64,000 nt of DNA from Eledone cirrhosa (GCA_964016885.1 OZ024741.1:75392001-75456000), one strand, 5' to 3'; positions 25,530-38,794 are shown, counted from the first letter of the stretch. Notes: generated by a model not told the origin, from the letters alone. Numbers and translations are program-made.

Positions 25530-26253
25530 TATATACATAAAAGCAACTAAAATGGTTGGCATCAGGAAGACCATCATACTTTAAAACATTGTCTTAGAAC
25601 ATACTGCCCATCTCATACCAGCATGAAAAATTGGATGTAAAATATTACTGAGAATGATGATGATGATATGTATATAATGAGTGTTGTACTGAGATGTCAG
25701 TATTTGTGTGTCAAGCACTCATTAGTTGAATTTCTGTTAATTGGGAACCCATTAATCTATTTAGTTGTGCAGAGTGGTGTTGCATTTTTCACACCAGCAG
25801 TGACTTAAGAGACAAACAAAGAACATATATATCATTTATCATTATCAACACTTGCAGGAATGAATGCAGAGAAACATGTTGTGAAAAGTGATAAATGGCT
25901 GTTTTATGATTCTATTTTCACGAAAAGAAATATCGTTTTTAGATGTTGTCTAATAATAGTAACAGTAGACGCAGCAATAAATGCAGACAAGTAAATGACT
26001 GGATTGCAGCAGCAACATTAGAAGCAGCAGCAGAAAACTGCTGCTGTTACTGTTGCTGCATCAATATTCTGCAGTAACAGTAATGTAATTTTAGAAATAA
26101 CTTTGGCCTTAGATGGAGAATTGACAAAGCTGGTAGAGTATCAACGAGTATCAACGAGAATAAGAGCAGGAACAAATACAGCAAGATATTCTGAGTTTAA
26201 ATCAAATTGATTAATAAGGGATTAATAAATATAGTAATTAGGTCCATCTTTCT

Positions 26254-26300
26254 TCTCTCTCTCTCTCTCTCTCTCTCTCCCTCTCCCTCTCTCACTCTCC

Positions 26301-26357
<57 letters not shown>

Positions 26358-26430
26358 TCTTCCTCTCCCTCTCTATCTCTCCCTCTCTATCTCTCCCTCT
26401 CTATCTCTCCCTCTCACTCTCTCTCTCTCT
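26254..26430. repeat. (CT)n-rich microsatellite
   Basis: Direct. Confidence 0.95.
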
Positions 26431-26744
26431 ATAATGGAAAATATTAACTGTAGCCAGATCTGGGGAGGGAAGAGAAGTACCAGTCCATGGCAGTTGGTTG
26501 GGAGAATTGTTAAAAGTGTTGGACGAAATGCCTCAAAGCATTTTTTCTGTGTTCAAATTCTACCTATGGATTCAAATCCCACTGATAGCCAGGGATAATT
26601 ACCTGATCAAAAGACCATAAATGACTATGAAAGTTGCAATGAGTGGAAGAGATTGTGGCAGTTAGCTACTGCAGTTGAATGATTATAGGTATTGCAGCTG
26701 AGACCGTTACATATATATATTTTTGTATATATAGATATGATAAC

Positions 26745-27095
26745 CTCCCTTGTGTTGGCGATTTACACAATAAATGCATCCAGTACACTCTATAAAGTGG
26801 TTAATAAAAGGAAGGGTATCCAGCCAAAGAAAGCCTGCAAAACAAAGGATTGAGAAGACTCTTTAGCTGTGTCGAGGAGATGACAACCACCTTCATGCTG
26901 GTGTCATGATAAAATGCACATAGTAACATGTAAATAAATCTGGATTGTTGCCAGGTCATCTGAGCACTCAGTAGAAAGCATAAATTTGAGATGTAGGCTT
27001 CACCCACAGTAAGTACCAACCCAGTCTGCTGACAACTCATCCAATCCTTGCTAGCAGGGAAAGTGGATGTTAAACAATGATGAAGATGATGATGT
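26745..27095 (+). mobile_element. RTE/SINE-type 3' tail remnants
   Basis: ccagtacactc...ggaagggtatccagcc and catccaatccttgctagcagggaaag-(GAT)n. Confidence 0.6.
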
Positions 27096-27845
27096 CCAAT
27101 GCATACATTTTCCATTATCACTTTTGATAGCAAACTACCTGAAAATGACCTCATTCCATGATAAAAAAAAAAATTATTATTTTAAACTGCTTATATTATC
27201 TAAAACCTTTCATCATAATTTTATGACCCTTTGATAAGTTTTGTCCCCAAAATCACCTTAATAATGAGAAAATCTCTCCAAATTCATGATCATTTTAAAA
27301 ATTATTAAAAGTTATAGATGTTTTTCTGAAGGTTTGAAATGTTTATATTCATCTAAAAACCTTCTATCATAGTTTTATGTAAAAAAAAATAAACTTTATG
27401 TTCCAAACATTATCAAAATAATGAGTAAGTTATATTATTAAATCTTTCCAAATTCTTGATTATTTTTGAAATTATTTGAAAATCATATGCAGTGACTTTT
27501 AATTGATATATAGTCATGAAAGGCCTACTAGAATCTTTAATAGTGAAAAACTATCCTCTATTCAATATGCAGTTCAATTTGAGTACTTATTTCAATCTTT
27601 TATTCTATCAATCTCAATTATTGAAACAAAAGCAAGAACACAGGCATGGAAAACACACACACACATTAAATTTATACACATACATTATATTTAAAATGAT
27701 ATATTTATGCATTGTTGTAATGATTACTTTCAAGAAATTGTCCACCAATAGTGTCATCATTTTCCTGAGTAACGCTGTTATTACTACTAATATATATCAT
27801 ATTTACATATATTATACCTCCATATATACATCATATATAAATGTA

Positions 27846-27897
<52 letters not shown>

Positions 27898-27938
27898 CGA
27901 AACATAAGTCAATTGCATGAACTCATAATCTTTTATTT

Positions 27939-27994
27939 ACTGCTATATATATTTCGATGATAGCCATTGAATGGCTATGACCTCATCAGGCAGT
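27939..27994 (-). ncRNA. Minimal type I hammerhead ribozyme, apparently intact
   Basis: Minus strand ACTGC-CTGATGA-GGTcATAGCCATtcaATGGCTATcATC-GAAA-TATATA-TA-GCAGT then AATAAA; lies in a ~165-bp module (27893-28056) between (TA)n tracts. Confidence 0.82.
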
Positions 27995-28062
27995 TAGTCA
28001 GTTCTTAGATATGCCAGCTCTGTGTTTATGGTGTTGATGGTATCAGAGCCTTGCGATATAAT

Positions 28063-30457
28063 ATCATCATCATCATCATCATCAACGTTTAACGTCCGTG
28101 TTCCACGCTTGCATGGGTTTGGACGGGGGTAGTCCCACTTGAGGCAAGAGTGATTGTCTTGCTCGCATAGGACTGTCTGGCAGGTTTTCTACAGTTGGAT
28201 GCCCTTCCTAACACCAACCACATTTACAGTGTGGGTCTGGGAGATTTTTACCGTGTTGCCTACACGGCCACATTACAGCGTGGACTGTGTGTTTTTTTGT
28301 CGTGACACCTACACGATCTCATTTGTTTCGGCCTCGATGGCGCGGCACCAACATAACTTTACATAGAACGGGGTGGTGTGGATGGGGTGGGGGTGGTGGT
28401 GGTGGGACGGGGTGTATTTTGTTAGAGATGCCTACTGGCTGGAGTAGGTTTTACTATATATTTAGGTAAGGCGGGTCTTCTCTGTTACTGAGTACCGCCA
28501 AAGGTCTCGGTCCAGTGACATTGTCTTGGAGAGGTGTAAGAGTGTGATGTCGGAGTTTATCAGCTCGTCCCAGGTTTTTCTAGGTCTGCCTATTCCGTGA
28601 CTACCGTCTATCTTTATTGCCCTGCACTTTGTTATACAGCTATCGACTTTCATGCGCATCACGTGTCCATACCAACGTAGCCTTCTCTCGAGTAAACAAC
28701 ATCTGATCCCTCTTATCTCTAATTTTTTCCTTAGTTCGTTTATGCTTTGCTGTTCACGTATATTACTGTTACACATCCAGCGGAGCATGCAAGCTTCGTT
28801 CCTCTCTAGTCTGCGTATATCCTCTGCACACAATGCCCAGGTCTCACTGCCATGCAGCATTGCTGTTCGTATGCAGGCATCGTACAACCTGCCTTTCATT
28901 TTTAGGGAGAACCCTTTAGCGGCTAATAGTGGTATAAGCTCTCTGAACTTTTTCCAACCAGTTCTGACTCTAGCTACAGTACTTTCAGAGCACCCTCCCC
29001 CACTGCTGATTTTATCGCCCAGGTAACGGAAGCTGTCCACTATTTCTATAGAACCCTCTGCGCAATTGAAAGAGCTAGTATTTTGTGGGCACTTGCTGCT
29101 ACTTATTGCACCAGAGCACCGGCCACATGTAAAATCTATGTTCTTAGTTAGCTTACCTGTGATCCCACTACATCTTTTATGCACCCATACTTTGCATTTA
29201 GGACATAAAATGGAGTTTCTACCTACGCCTTTCCTACACACCGAGCACGACCATTTCCCAGAAGGGACCGCCGCCTTGTTTTCTTTCCTACAAACTAGTA
29301 CTTTGGTCTTAGCCAGGTTAATTTTAAGTCCTTTTGACTCTAGGCCGTGCTTCCATGTTTGGAATTTCTTCTCTAGCTCGGCCATTGATTCCGCTATGAG
29401 TGTCAGGTCGTCTGCGTATAGGAGTTCCCATGGGCAGCCTGTCTTGAACTCCTCTGTTATAGCCTGAAGGGCAATAATAAATAGTAGTGGGCTGAGAACA
29501 GAGCCCTGATGGACGCCAACTTTTACGCTAAACTCTTCACTATATTCGTTGTTAATTCTAACCTTGCTGACTGTTTCTTTATACATGGCTTGTATAGCCC
29601 TCACAAGCCATTCGTCAACGCCTAGTTTTCTAAGAGCCCACCAGATAATGGAGCGGGGGACTCTGTCGAAGGCTTTCTCCAAGTCGACAAAAGCTAAGTA
29701 GAGGGGTTTACCTTTAGCTAGGTACTTCTCCTGTAGTTGTCGTACTATGAAAAGAGCGTCTGTGGTACTTTTGCCTGACACAAACCCGAACTGCATTTCA
29801 TCTAGGTCAATTCTCTCTCTGATTAGTTGCGCTATTACTTTTTCCGTGACCTTCATGACCTGGTCGATTAATTTAATGCCTCTATAGTTACTCCTATCTA
29901 GGGCGTCTCCTTTACCCTTATAACAGTTAACGATGATGCTGCTATGCCAGTCCTTCGGAACAACCCCATTCTGTACGACTTGGTTAACTATGCGGGTGAC
30001 CATGGTGTGTCCCACCGTGCCAGATGCCTTCAGCATCTCAGCAACTATTTCCGAAGGCCCAGCCGCCTCCCGTCTTCATATCCTTGATTGCCTTACTTAT
30101 ACTCCCCTCGACTAACACTGCTGGTCCCTCTATTGGGTCGATATGGGGGAGACTGTCTTTCTCCCATTTATTCTCCTCATTTAGTAGCCTTTCATAGTGA
30201 CACTTCCAAGCTACCTTCTTATCAGCGTCGGTGATGGCAAGTGTGCCATCGTCGTTTAGTACACACTTCTCCCCGACAATATCACGGTTTTCCTTGACGC
30301 ATTGCCTAGCAATCCTGAACACCTCACGTTTTTGGTCATCGCGTTGTAGAACATGCTTGAACTTTCTTTCCTCAGCTTCCCTTCTTGCTAAGTACACTTG
30401 TCTCCTAGCTTCCCTCCTGGCCACTTGATAGTCTTCTCTACTTCCCCCATCCCGCCA
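28063..30457 (-). mobile_element. Young 5'-truncated RTE LINE
   Basis: ORFs 30038-30424 and 28462-30036 joined by one frameshift; 3' UTR and (ATC)n tail; 5' end abuts (TA)n. Confidence 0.96.
28462..30036 (-). CDS. RTE reverse transcriptase with C4HC3 (PHD-like) finger, 524-aa open frame of a truncated element
   Basis: NYRGIKL, QFGF, FVDLEKAFD, QGSVLSP, YADDL, CSVC..CPKC..HKRC..CGRC, FRYLG, RRLRWYGHV. Confidence 0.85.
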   Translation of the reverse strand: MLKASGTVGHTMVTRIVNQVVQNGVVPKDWHSSIIVNCYKGKGDALDRSNYRGIKLIDQVMKVTEKVIAQLIRERIDLDEMQFGFVSGKSTTDALFIVRQLQEKYLAKGKPLYLAFVDLEKAFDRVPRSIIWWALRKLGVDEWLVRAIQAMYKETVSKVRINNEYSEEFSVKVGVHQGSVLSPLLFIIALQAITEEFKTGCPWELLYADDLTLIAESMAELEKKFQTWKHGLESKGLKINLAKTKVLVCRKENKAAVPSGKWSCSVCRKGVGRNSILCPKCKVWVHKRCSGITGKLTKNIDFTCGRCSGAISSSKCPQNTSSFNCAEGSIEIVDSFRYLGDKISSGGGCSESTVARVRTGWKKFRELIPLLAAKGFSLKMKGRLYDACIRTAMLHGSETWALCAEDIRRLERNEACMLRWMCNSNIREQQSINELRKKLEIRGIRCCLLERRLRWYGHVMRMKVDSCITKCRAIKIDGSHGIGRPRKTWDELINSDITLLHLSKTMSLDRDLWRYSVTEKTRLT

Positions 30458-30526
30458 TATATATATATATATATGTGTGTATGTATATATATATATGTGT
30501 GTGTGTGTGTGTGAATATATATGTAA

Positions 30527-31115
30527 ATATGCCAGGTGGTGCTATTAAATTAGACAAGTACAATAACAACAAACATATAAACACACACTAGTGAACAAAG
30601 ATAGAATAAAAAAACAAAAAAAACAAAAACACATACACTCAAACACGAAAACAAATGCCAAACATTACAGACACATGCAAACACATGTGCAGAGACAGAG
30701 ATAAGAATAAATAAATAAATAAATAAAATTAAAATGATGTAGACATTACAATACAATAGGAGGAAACATAATAGTGCCACTGATGATGTTGCAGATGCAC
30801 AACGAAAGAACTTTGTTAGACTATATATATATATTTATATCTGTATTTTTAACCACTGGTCAATCAATGATAAACATTGATTGCCAAATAAATTAACTGT
30901 GGGGATATAAAAGATACAGAAGCGAAAACCAACCAAACAGTGAGTGTGTTCTGTTATTATTTCTGGCAATATTATTACAACAATATGGCCCTCCCCAAGT
31001 ATAACAATAAATATATATATATATATATATGCCGGATGGTGCTATTAAGTTAGAGAAGGCCTGGGCCAATACTGGCTGAAAGCTATCAGAGTTATATTAT
31101 ACTGCCTCACAAATA
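30527..31115. mobile_element. PLE-tail-like modules between (TA)n tracts with ~33-bp direct repeat (30527-30559 / 31027-31059)
   Basis: atatgcc(a/g)g(g/a)tggtgctattaa(a/g)ttaga occurs twice; 30948-31009 is the reverse-complement homolog of 45161-45220; contains a hammerhead remnant. Confidence 0.55.
30771..30824 (+). ncRNA. Degenerate hammerhead motif
   Basis: ATAGTgcca-CTGATGA-tGTTGcagatgcaCAAC-GAAA-gaactt-tg-ttagACTAT; correct spacing, damaged stem I and cleavage site. Confidence 0.45.
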
Positions 31116-31119
31116 TATA

Positions 31120-32212
31120 TATGTGAGGCAATTACTAGAAAAGTACCTAGCTAAAAGTAAACCGCTCTACCTGGCATTTGTCGATCTGGAAAAAGCCTTC
31201 AACAGAGTGCCCCATGCTATAATCTGGTGGGCTCTTAGAAAACTAGGAGTAGATGAATGGCTTGAGAAAGCTGTACAAGCCATGTATAAAGGAGCAGTTA
31301 GCAAAGTTAGGGCTAACAATGAGTATAGCGAGGAATTTAGCAAACAGGTCATGTCCACCAGGGTTCTGTTCTTAGCCCTCTCCTGTTTATTATAGTATTG
31401 CAGGCTATAGCAGACGAGTTTAAGACTGGATGCCCATGAGAACTTTTCAAAATGAAAGGCAGACTGTATCATGCATGCATACGAACAGCAATGTTACATA
31501 GTAGTGAGACCTGGGCACTGTGCGTAGAAGACTTGCATAGATTAGAAAGAAATGAAGCTTGCATGCTCCGATGGATGTGTAATAGTAATATATGTGAATG
31601 GCAAAGCATAAACAAACTGAGAGAGAGACTGAGCATAAGAGGAATCAAATGCCGTGTGCAGGAGAGGAGGATGCGTTGGTATGGACATGTGATGCGTATG
31701 AAGGATGACAGCTGCATAAAAAGGTGCAGAGCACTAAATGTTGATGGAAGCCATGGAATGGGGAGACCCCAAAAAGACCTGCGACAAGGTGATAAAAGTG
31801 GACCTTGCCCAATTACACCTCTCAATGGCAATGACACAGGACCATGACCTCTGGCGTGACGCAGTAATACAGAAGACCCGACTTCCCATGGGAACAAGCC
31901 GAAGCATATAGACAATATGCCCCTATCCCCTCCCACTGTAAAGTGGTCGTGGAGATGTCACGACAAAAAAAGCACTCAGACCACACTGCAAAGTGGACAT
32001 GTAGACGCCATGGAAAAAAAGCACCCAGCACTCAATGTAAATGAGGTTGGTGTTAGGAAGGGCATTCAGCTGTAGAAATCAAGCCAAAATCAGTTCCCGT
32101 ATGAGCAAGACAAGTTCAGCCAACCTAACATTGCCCATAACAGGACAACCTGTCTAACCAATGCTAGTGGAGAAGAATCGATGTAAAACGATGATGATGA
32201 TGATAATGATGA
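31120..32212 (+). mobile_element. Internally deleted RTE LINE
   Basis: ORFs 31123-31395 (RT) and 31452-31847 (C-terminus) joined at ~31447; 3' UTR and (GAT)n tail. Confidence 0.92.
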
Positions 32213-32540
32213 TATACACATATATATCAAAGTAAAAACGGAGTTAAAGGCTCACGTTAATCCCCAGTAATTTAATGAGCTCAAGGTATAATTACTGGGC
32301 TCTTCATAATATAATATATAGAGAAAAACACACAAAAGAGTATGTTTTGAATTACGAGAGCTAGAGAACCACTAGAGTGAAATGCATAAAGTCTACGAAA
32401 AGTGTGGAAAATGCATACTAATTGGAAAGGTAAATTAAAATGCACTAACCTACATTTAGATCTGTCTTAAACTCAATTATTAAAGGCGTAGCTAATAGAA
32501 TTAGTAATTTATCTTTAACCAAAATGCTCATTATTATAAT

Positions 32541-32727
32541 TGTTTCTACTTTAGGCACAAGGCCAGCAATTACCCAGTGCATTACTGGTACTTTATTTTA
32601 TCGACCCCGTAAGGATGAAAGGCAAAGTCAACCTTGGCGGGATTTGAACTCAGATCGTAAAGGGATGTAACTATGCTGGAAAGCATGGCGTCTGACCCTC
32701 TACCGATACTGCCAATCCACCGCCCTT
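32541..32727 (-). mobile_element. Full-length tRNA-derived SINE (family A) with 20-bp TSD, inserted in the PLE
   Basis: TSD aaaatgctcattattataat at 32521-32540 and 32728-32747. Confidence 0.93.
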
Positions 32728-34277
32728 AAAATGCTCATTATTATAATAGAAGCTTTATTACGTTCTGGCTATAAAAATAAAATTAAGTTTATACCTAAAA
32801 ACTCTTTTGCCAACTGTAACAAACAACCTAATATTACTTCACATAATATGGCTATGAAAAAAACCTACAAATATTCAAACTAATAAGGTTAATAATGTTA
32901 TTAATTGTAACAGTGGATTAAATAATATGCACCCTTCTACATTAAATAATATGCACCCTTCCCAGCACTAATAAAAAAACATCTTAAAGATAGAAAAATA
33001 TTGTGAATAAAAAACATAGTATATACACTAAACCTAACATCTGTAATACTAAACATAAAGTTGAAGGTAATAATCATAAGGATACACTTTATTAGTAACA
33101 AAAATAAAAAGAATAGAAGAAGGCTTAATTCATACTTTAATCCTCCCTTCAATTTAAATGTTTCTACTAATATACCTAGAGTATTCTTCTCTATTATTGA
33201 AAATAATTTCCCACTTGATCACAAATACCATAATTTAATTAATAAAAATACCATTAAAATCTCTAACATTGCTAATCACATTGTAATAACAAGAAAATTA
33301 GTAAATATTTTTCTTCTTATAACTTAAATAAAAATTCACAACCAGTTGATATGCTTAACAATATTGTACCTAATAATTTTAGTAATCACTCTCATAACAC
33401 ATTAATTTTTAGGACTTATAGGAATAATAATAGCATTTCTAGCACTCACATATCTAACTCTAATAACTCTTCACACCTTTACCCTCAAAACTGCTTAATC
33501 AATAGCTATAATTGTAATTGTAGGCCTAATAATGTTTGCCTTCTTTGCCTTGTTAAGAATATTATCTATTCCTGCACTGTCACAACTTCCACCAACTCCG
33601 GAACCTATATTGGTTCTACATCAAATAGTTTTAAGACGAGGTATATTTCCCATCTTCATACTTTCAAGAATGTTAAGCTTAAGCATGCAACCTCTTTATC
33701 TAGTTTCATATCATTTCTGAAGAGTAATAATACACCTTACACCCTGACCTGGAATGTGATTGCAAAAACTATTTCTTATAAACTTCTCAATAACTTTTGT
33801 AAACTTTGCCTTCTTGAGTTCCATACTATTATTTATTTTAAATTAAATTTATTAAATAGGAAATCTGAATTTTTTCCACTTGTCCTCATATTAATTTTTA
33901 CTATTTTATACCTAGTAACTAAGTTATACCAATGTAGATTTATACCTTATCTTTTTAGTAACATTAGTATCATTGCGGTCTTCTTACACCCCCCGTCTGA
34001 TCCCTTCGATTATGATTACAATTTATTATAACCACCGCTTCACATTTAGGTATCATAATATTTTATTATTTTATTATATTATTTTTAATAAGCCCCACTT
34101 ATATTTGTATTTAGTTTTACTAATATTATACTATATATTAACCATTGCCTCACTCTCTATTTTTTTAGCAATATATTTTCAATACTTATATAATTTTTTT
34201 TAATAATTAATTAACTAGTATAATTCTTTATCCTTTAATATCATTTAATATATTATGTATATAATTTTTTTAATAAT

Positions 34278-34457
34278 TGTTTCTACTTTAGACACAAGGC
34301 CAGCAATTACCCAGTGCATTACTGGTACTTTATTTTATCGACCCCGTAAGGATGAAAGGGAAAGTCAACCTTGGCGGGATTTGAACTCAGATCGTAAAGG
34401 GATGTAACTATGCTGGAAAGCATGGCGTCCGACCCTCTACTGATACTGCCAATCCAT
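34278..34457 (-). mobile_element. tRNA-derived SINE (family A) inserted in the PLE 3' region
   Basis: Nearly identical to 32541-32727. Confidence 0.92.
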
Positions 34458-35340
34458 AATACATAATAGATAGCATTGATAAATTATTTTATTTGTATTT
34501 TGTAAAAATATTATTTTTTAAATAATTCTTTAGTTTTATAATCATTAGCCCTAAATAATTTTTTTAAGTCATTATATCTTGACTTACTAAATATTTGTTT
34601 TTCCATTTAATAATTTGTAACCCTCTTATAAAATGTCTTATATGATTTACATCCCTTTTATTTTTTAATTTGCATCAACTGTCATTTAAGGATACATTTT
34701 CAAACTCTATGTTAAGATGGAGTTATTTATGCTTAAACATTTATGACGTTCTCCCCTCTATTCAAATATGTGGTGCTTTTTCCGATGATAACACTTACTC
34801 TATATTGGATTTTTACTTTCCTAATTTTATTTACTCAACATTAATTCCTTTGAATGGTTTCATTAATAATAACACTACAATCTATATTTGATCTTTATTT
34901 TGCAGAGAATTCAACCTTTGAATGGTTTGAAAAATAATAGTTTATTTTTAAAACTGAATTACGCAGTCAAACTTTTTATATCCATTATCAAAAATATCAT
35001 TTGGAGATATATTTTTATATTTTTAAATTTATATTTGAACTGCACACCTGTTCTTATTAACTTTATAAACTTTTGCTTTTGATATATGTTTATTTACTAA
35101 ATATGATATATGTCTTGCACTATACTTAAGCAGCATGTCTTTTAAAATTTTAATGCTTTTAGCTGTTCCTAATTTTATTTTGTTGCATTTATATGCTCAT
35201 ATTTTTCATATGCTTCTTCTACCTTTGCTATCTTTTCTTATATAAATGTTGATACTTATGTTTACTTTCCATATTATGTATCCTCCTAATGTTCTTATGA
35301 CAAACTTCTGATATTATGTCTGTGTTTTAACCTTTATTAT

Positions 35341-35389
35341 ATACTCTAATGATACCGGCCTTGTGTTAGGCTGAAACGATCATAAGTGT
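35341..35389 (+). ncRNA. Degenerate hammerhead motif at PLE 3' end
   Basis: ATACT-CTAATGA-taccGGCCTtgtgttAGGCT-GAAA-CGATCA-TA-AGTGT; core has G>A change. Confidence 0.55.
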
Positions 35390-35569
35390 TTAAATGTTTT
35401 AAACACTCATTGATTGTTATTTATAAAGTATTTCGTCTCTGTAATATACTTTTTATTTTAGATTAAGCTATTCTCATACTTGTAATTGGATGATATTTAA
35501 TATTACCCACATTATATATATATGTATATATATGTGTGTGTGTGTGTGTGTGTATACACTCTGTATCTA

Positions 35570-36240
35570 CTTGTACTCATGACAGTGTTCACCTGGGGTG
35601 CATTGAGCCAGCTCAATCGAAGGAATTCATATTGTCCCTCATCATGAACAAAGCCCATGTATGATGATTGGAGGTAAATGAATCAGTGAGGGCCAACCAA
35701 TTGTGATTTCAATGGCAGGTACCATACACATTTGGGCCCAGGGGGATTTCGACATCATTTTTCATAGTGTGCAGCCAAGTTTTCAGCTGTCCACAGTGTC
35801 GTTTGCACCATCCTTGAAGTGGTTGTAGATCAACTGCTTCACGGATGAATTCACCTGGTTGGTGCAGAAGTACATGGCCAAACCATCTCAGCCAATGTCT
35901 GCTAAGAACTTTCCTGATTGGTTTGATGCTGCAACATGAGCTGACCTCTGCATTCGAAAGGAAGTGGTGCAAGCAGACAAAGAAGGATGTGGTGAAGACA
36001 AATAATCAAATACTTCAAGCTTGTGTAGATCGGTTACTTTCATGGGCCATGACTCTCAGCCATAGAGGAGGATTGTGTGGACAAGGGCCTGGTAGATTCT
36101 GATCTCCTACCTAGACCACAACTGAGATCTCAGCTGACAGAAGGCAAGACAGGCATTGTCAATGCAAACATCGATATCCTCTTTTCCCTAGCCCAGAGCT
36201 GTGTCCACAGAGCCTAGGTATTTGAAGCGGTCGACCCCCC
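35570..36240 (-). mobile_element. Degenerate RTE-clade LINE 3' fragment (different family)
   Basis: ORF 35709-35972 RHWLRWFGHVL...GQLKTW; VDRFKYLGS at ~36215-36235. Confidence 0.8.
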
Positions 36241-36384
36241 ATTTGGCAAACACTCCCCCCTTTCCACCATCTTCTCACCTGTTGCTTTTCACACTGACCC
36301 TTCTACATCACCAATGTTGATTCACTCAAAGTAAAATAAGATCATGATTGCATGGGGTAGATGTTGAGCTTTGTAATCTATTAA

Positions 36385-36975
36385 GATGGTAGATCATCTA
36401 GGATGGGATAAACTCCATAGATAGAATAGTATTGAAAACGTTTAGAGAGCTACCCCCACTGTTGACTACAAAAGGTTTCTCCCTACCTACAAAAGGATGG
36501 ATGAATGATGCTTGTGTGTGAAGTGCAATGCTACATGGTAGTGAAACATGGGCCGTGACTGCAGAAGATATGCGTAGACTGGAGAGAAATGAAACAACCA
36601 TGCTTTAATGGATGTGCAATGTAAGTGTGAGAGAAATGCAGACCTTGGATGAGGTGAAGTAGAAGCTGGGTTTAAGAGGAATCTATGGTGGTGAGCAGAA
36701 GAGAAGATTATATTTGTATGGACATGTGATGCACATGGACGATGATTGCTGGTTTAAGAAGTGCCAGGAAATCACAGTAGAAGGAAGCCGCAGTAGAGGT
36801 AGACCAAGAAAGACATTGGTAGATGTTGTGAGAGCTGACCTTAAATTACTGAGACTCACTGAGGAGATGACAAAGGAACACGGTGAGTGGAGAGATGCCA
36901 TGCTGAGAAGGACCTGTCCAACCCATGCAAATGTGGAGAAATAAATGTAAAAATGATGATGAGGAGGAGGATGGT
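36385..36975 (+). mobile_element. RTE LINE 3' fragment
   Basis: FRELPPLLT, MLHGSETW, YGHVMHMDDD, GRPRKT. Confidence 0.88.
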
Positions 36976-37625
36976 ATATACTGTTGGTGATCTACATGAT
37001 AAATGTACCCAGTACATCCTGTAAAGTGGTTGGTGATAGGAAGAGCATCCAACCATAGATAGCTTGCCAAGCAAATCGGGTGAGAGGACTCTTCAGTTGT
37101 TTTAAAGATACGACAACTTATCATCTGCTGGTGCACTCAGTAGAACTTGAGACCATACGTAAGCGAGATACAGACCCCCAGCCTGTCTGGGTTGTCAATA
37201 GCCCTGCTTCAGTACTGACTATGAATACCCAGCCAACTCTTTATAGCAGAGAAAGCAGATGTTAAACTATAATGATGATGATACATATATAAAGTATGTA
37301 TATGAATGTATATAAATGCAAATGCGCATACATATGCATACACTCATACATGTAGTGTTGCAAACATTATTGTCAAAGAATGGCATCGCATCCTCTTCCA
37401 CTTTCATTGTTAGTCGTTTGCAATTAATTTTATCTAATATGTATGTCCCTGTGAATACACTCTCGCCCTCTCATTCTTTATCCTCAATCTTCACTCTATT
37501 TTGACTTTTCTAAGTCTATCATTCTCATATTCTATTGCATGTCATCTGCCTCTCTCTTTTTTTTTGTTTGTTTCTTTTTTGTGCTCTCATTATCTCTCCC
37601 CCCCCCCTCTCTCTCTCACTCTCTA

Positions 37626-37694
<69 letters not shown>

Positions 37695-38399
37695 CTCTCT
37701 CTTTTCAATGGAAAGGTAATTGCAAAACAAAGGGCAAGGTTTTTTTTATAATACAGAAAAATAAAAAGAATTTAATTTAATATAAATATTTCTGTGATCT
37801 GTCCAGTGAGATTGGGAACAATAGTTTTTGTATGTTTTCAGTTTCTAATTTCTGAGTACAACACACACTCCCACACATATGCACAGATATATACCATTTA
37901 CACATATGTACATAACATTTGTGCAAAATTTTCAAATTCACTGTTGTTTTTTTAAAAAGATAATGCTATGAATTCTCTTCACATCTTCTGTAACTATATA
38001 AAAGAACCTGGTATCTTATAATGAAGAATCCCATGTGATTTCAACACTATACTTATCAACTTTACAACCATTACGTCTCCTAGTTTCAGCATCCTTAATG
38101 ACATTTCTTCTCCCCTCTTCTCTGATTCATTAACGATTTAGTAATCATTTCTAACTTAAATTACATGTAGTTTCCAATGTAAATGATAGTAACACACATC
38201 TTATTGACTTCCCTTAAGGCATTGATTCATGCAACTGGCTATGTTGATGCTGTTTAATAATGCAATTACATACACAGAAACAAGTACGTGTGAAAAAGAT
38301 GTGCCTTGTTCACACATATTTATTCACGCAAACAAAATGATACATTCACATGCTCACATACACAAACATATAAATATATATATAGGCACATGTGTGGGG

Positions 38400-38457
<58 letters not shown>

Positions 38458-38560
38458 GTGTATTTTTGTATGTATATAAATATATACAGAGGGAGAAAAG
38501 AAATGTATGTATAAATATATATGTATATATTCATATACGCATATATATATATATATATAT

Positions 38561-38756
38561 ATAACGGAGGAAATGTGGTAAGGAACCAAGTGGACCATAA
38601 TGCACCAAAGTACTCAATACTTAGGGTAGTAGAGTGGGTAATAGGAACGAGTAGGACCCCGACGGCTGAGCTCAAGCCGTTTCTGGACGGAGTATAATTG
38701 AGTTCAGAATTAGCCGTCGAAACAGCTTGAGCTCAGCCGTCGGGGTCCTACTCGTT

Positions 38757-38760
<4 letters not shown>
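38561..38760 (-). mobile_element. Fold-back module of the 21661 family, between (TA)n tracts
   Basis: 38642-38682 inverted with ~38719-38760; tail homologous to 21784-21862. Confidence 0.8.

Positions 38761-38789
<29 letters not shown>

Positions 38790-38794
<5 letters not shown>

Larger units (their letters stand above)
32440..35512 (+). mobile_element. Degenerate Penelope-like element 3' half (same group as 17890-21240)
   Basis: SVLNSIIKGVANRISNLS, YFNPPFNLNVSTNIP, GIY-YIG in ORF 33351-34031 (NCNCR...IIYSC...YIGST...FCKLCLLE); long AT-rich 3' region with hammerhead remnant; ends in (TA)n. Confidence 0.88.
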
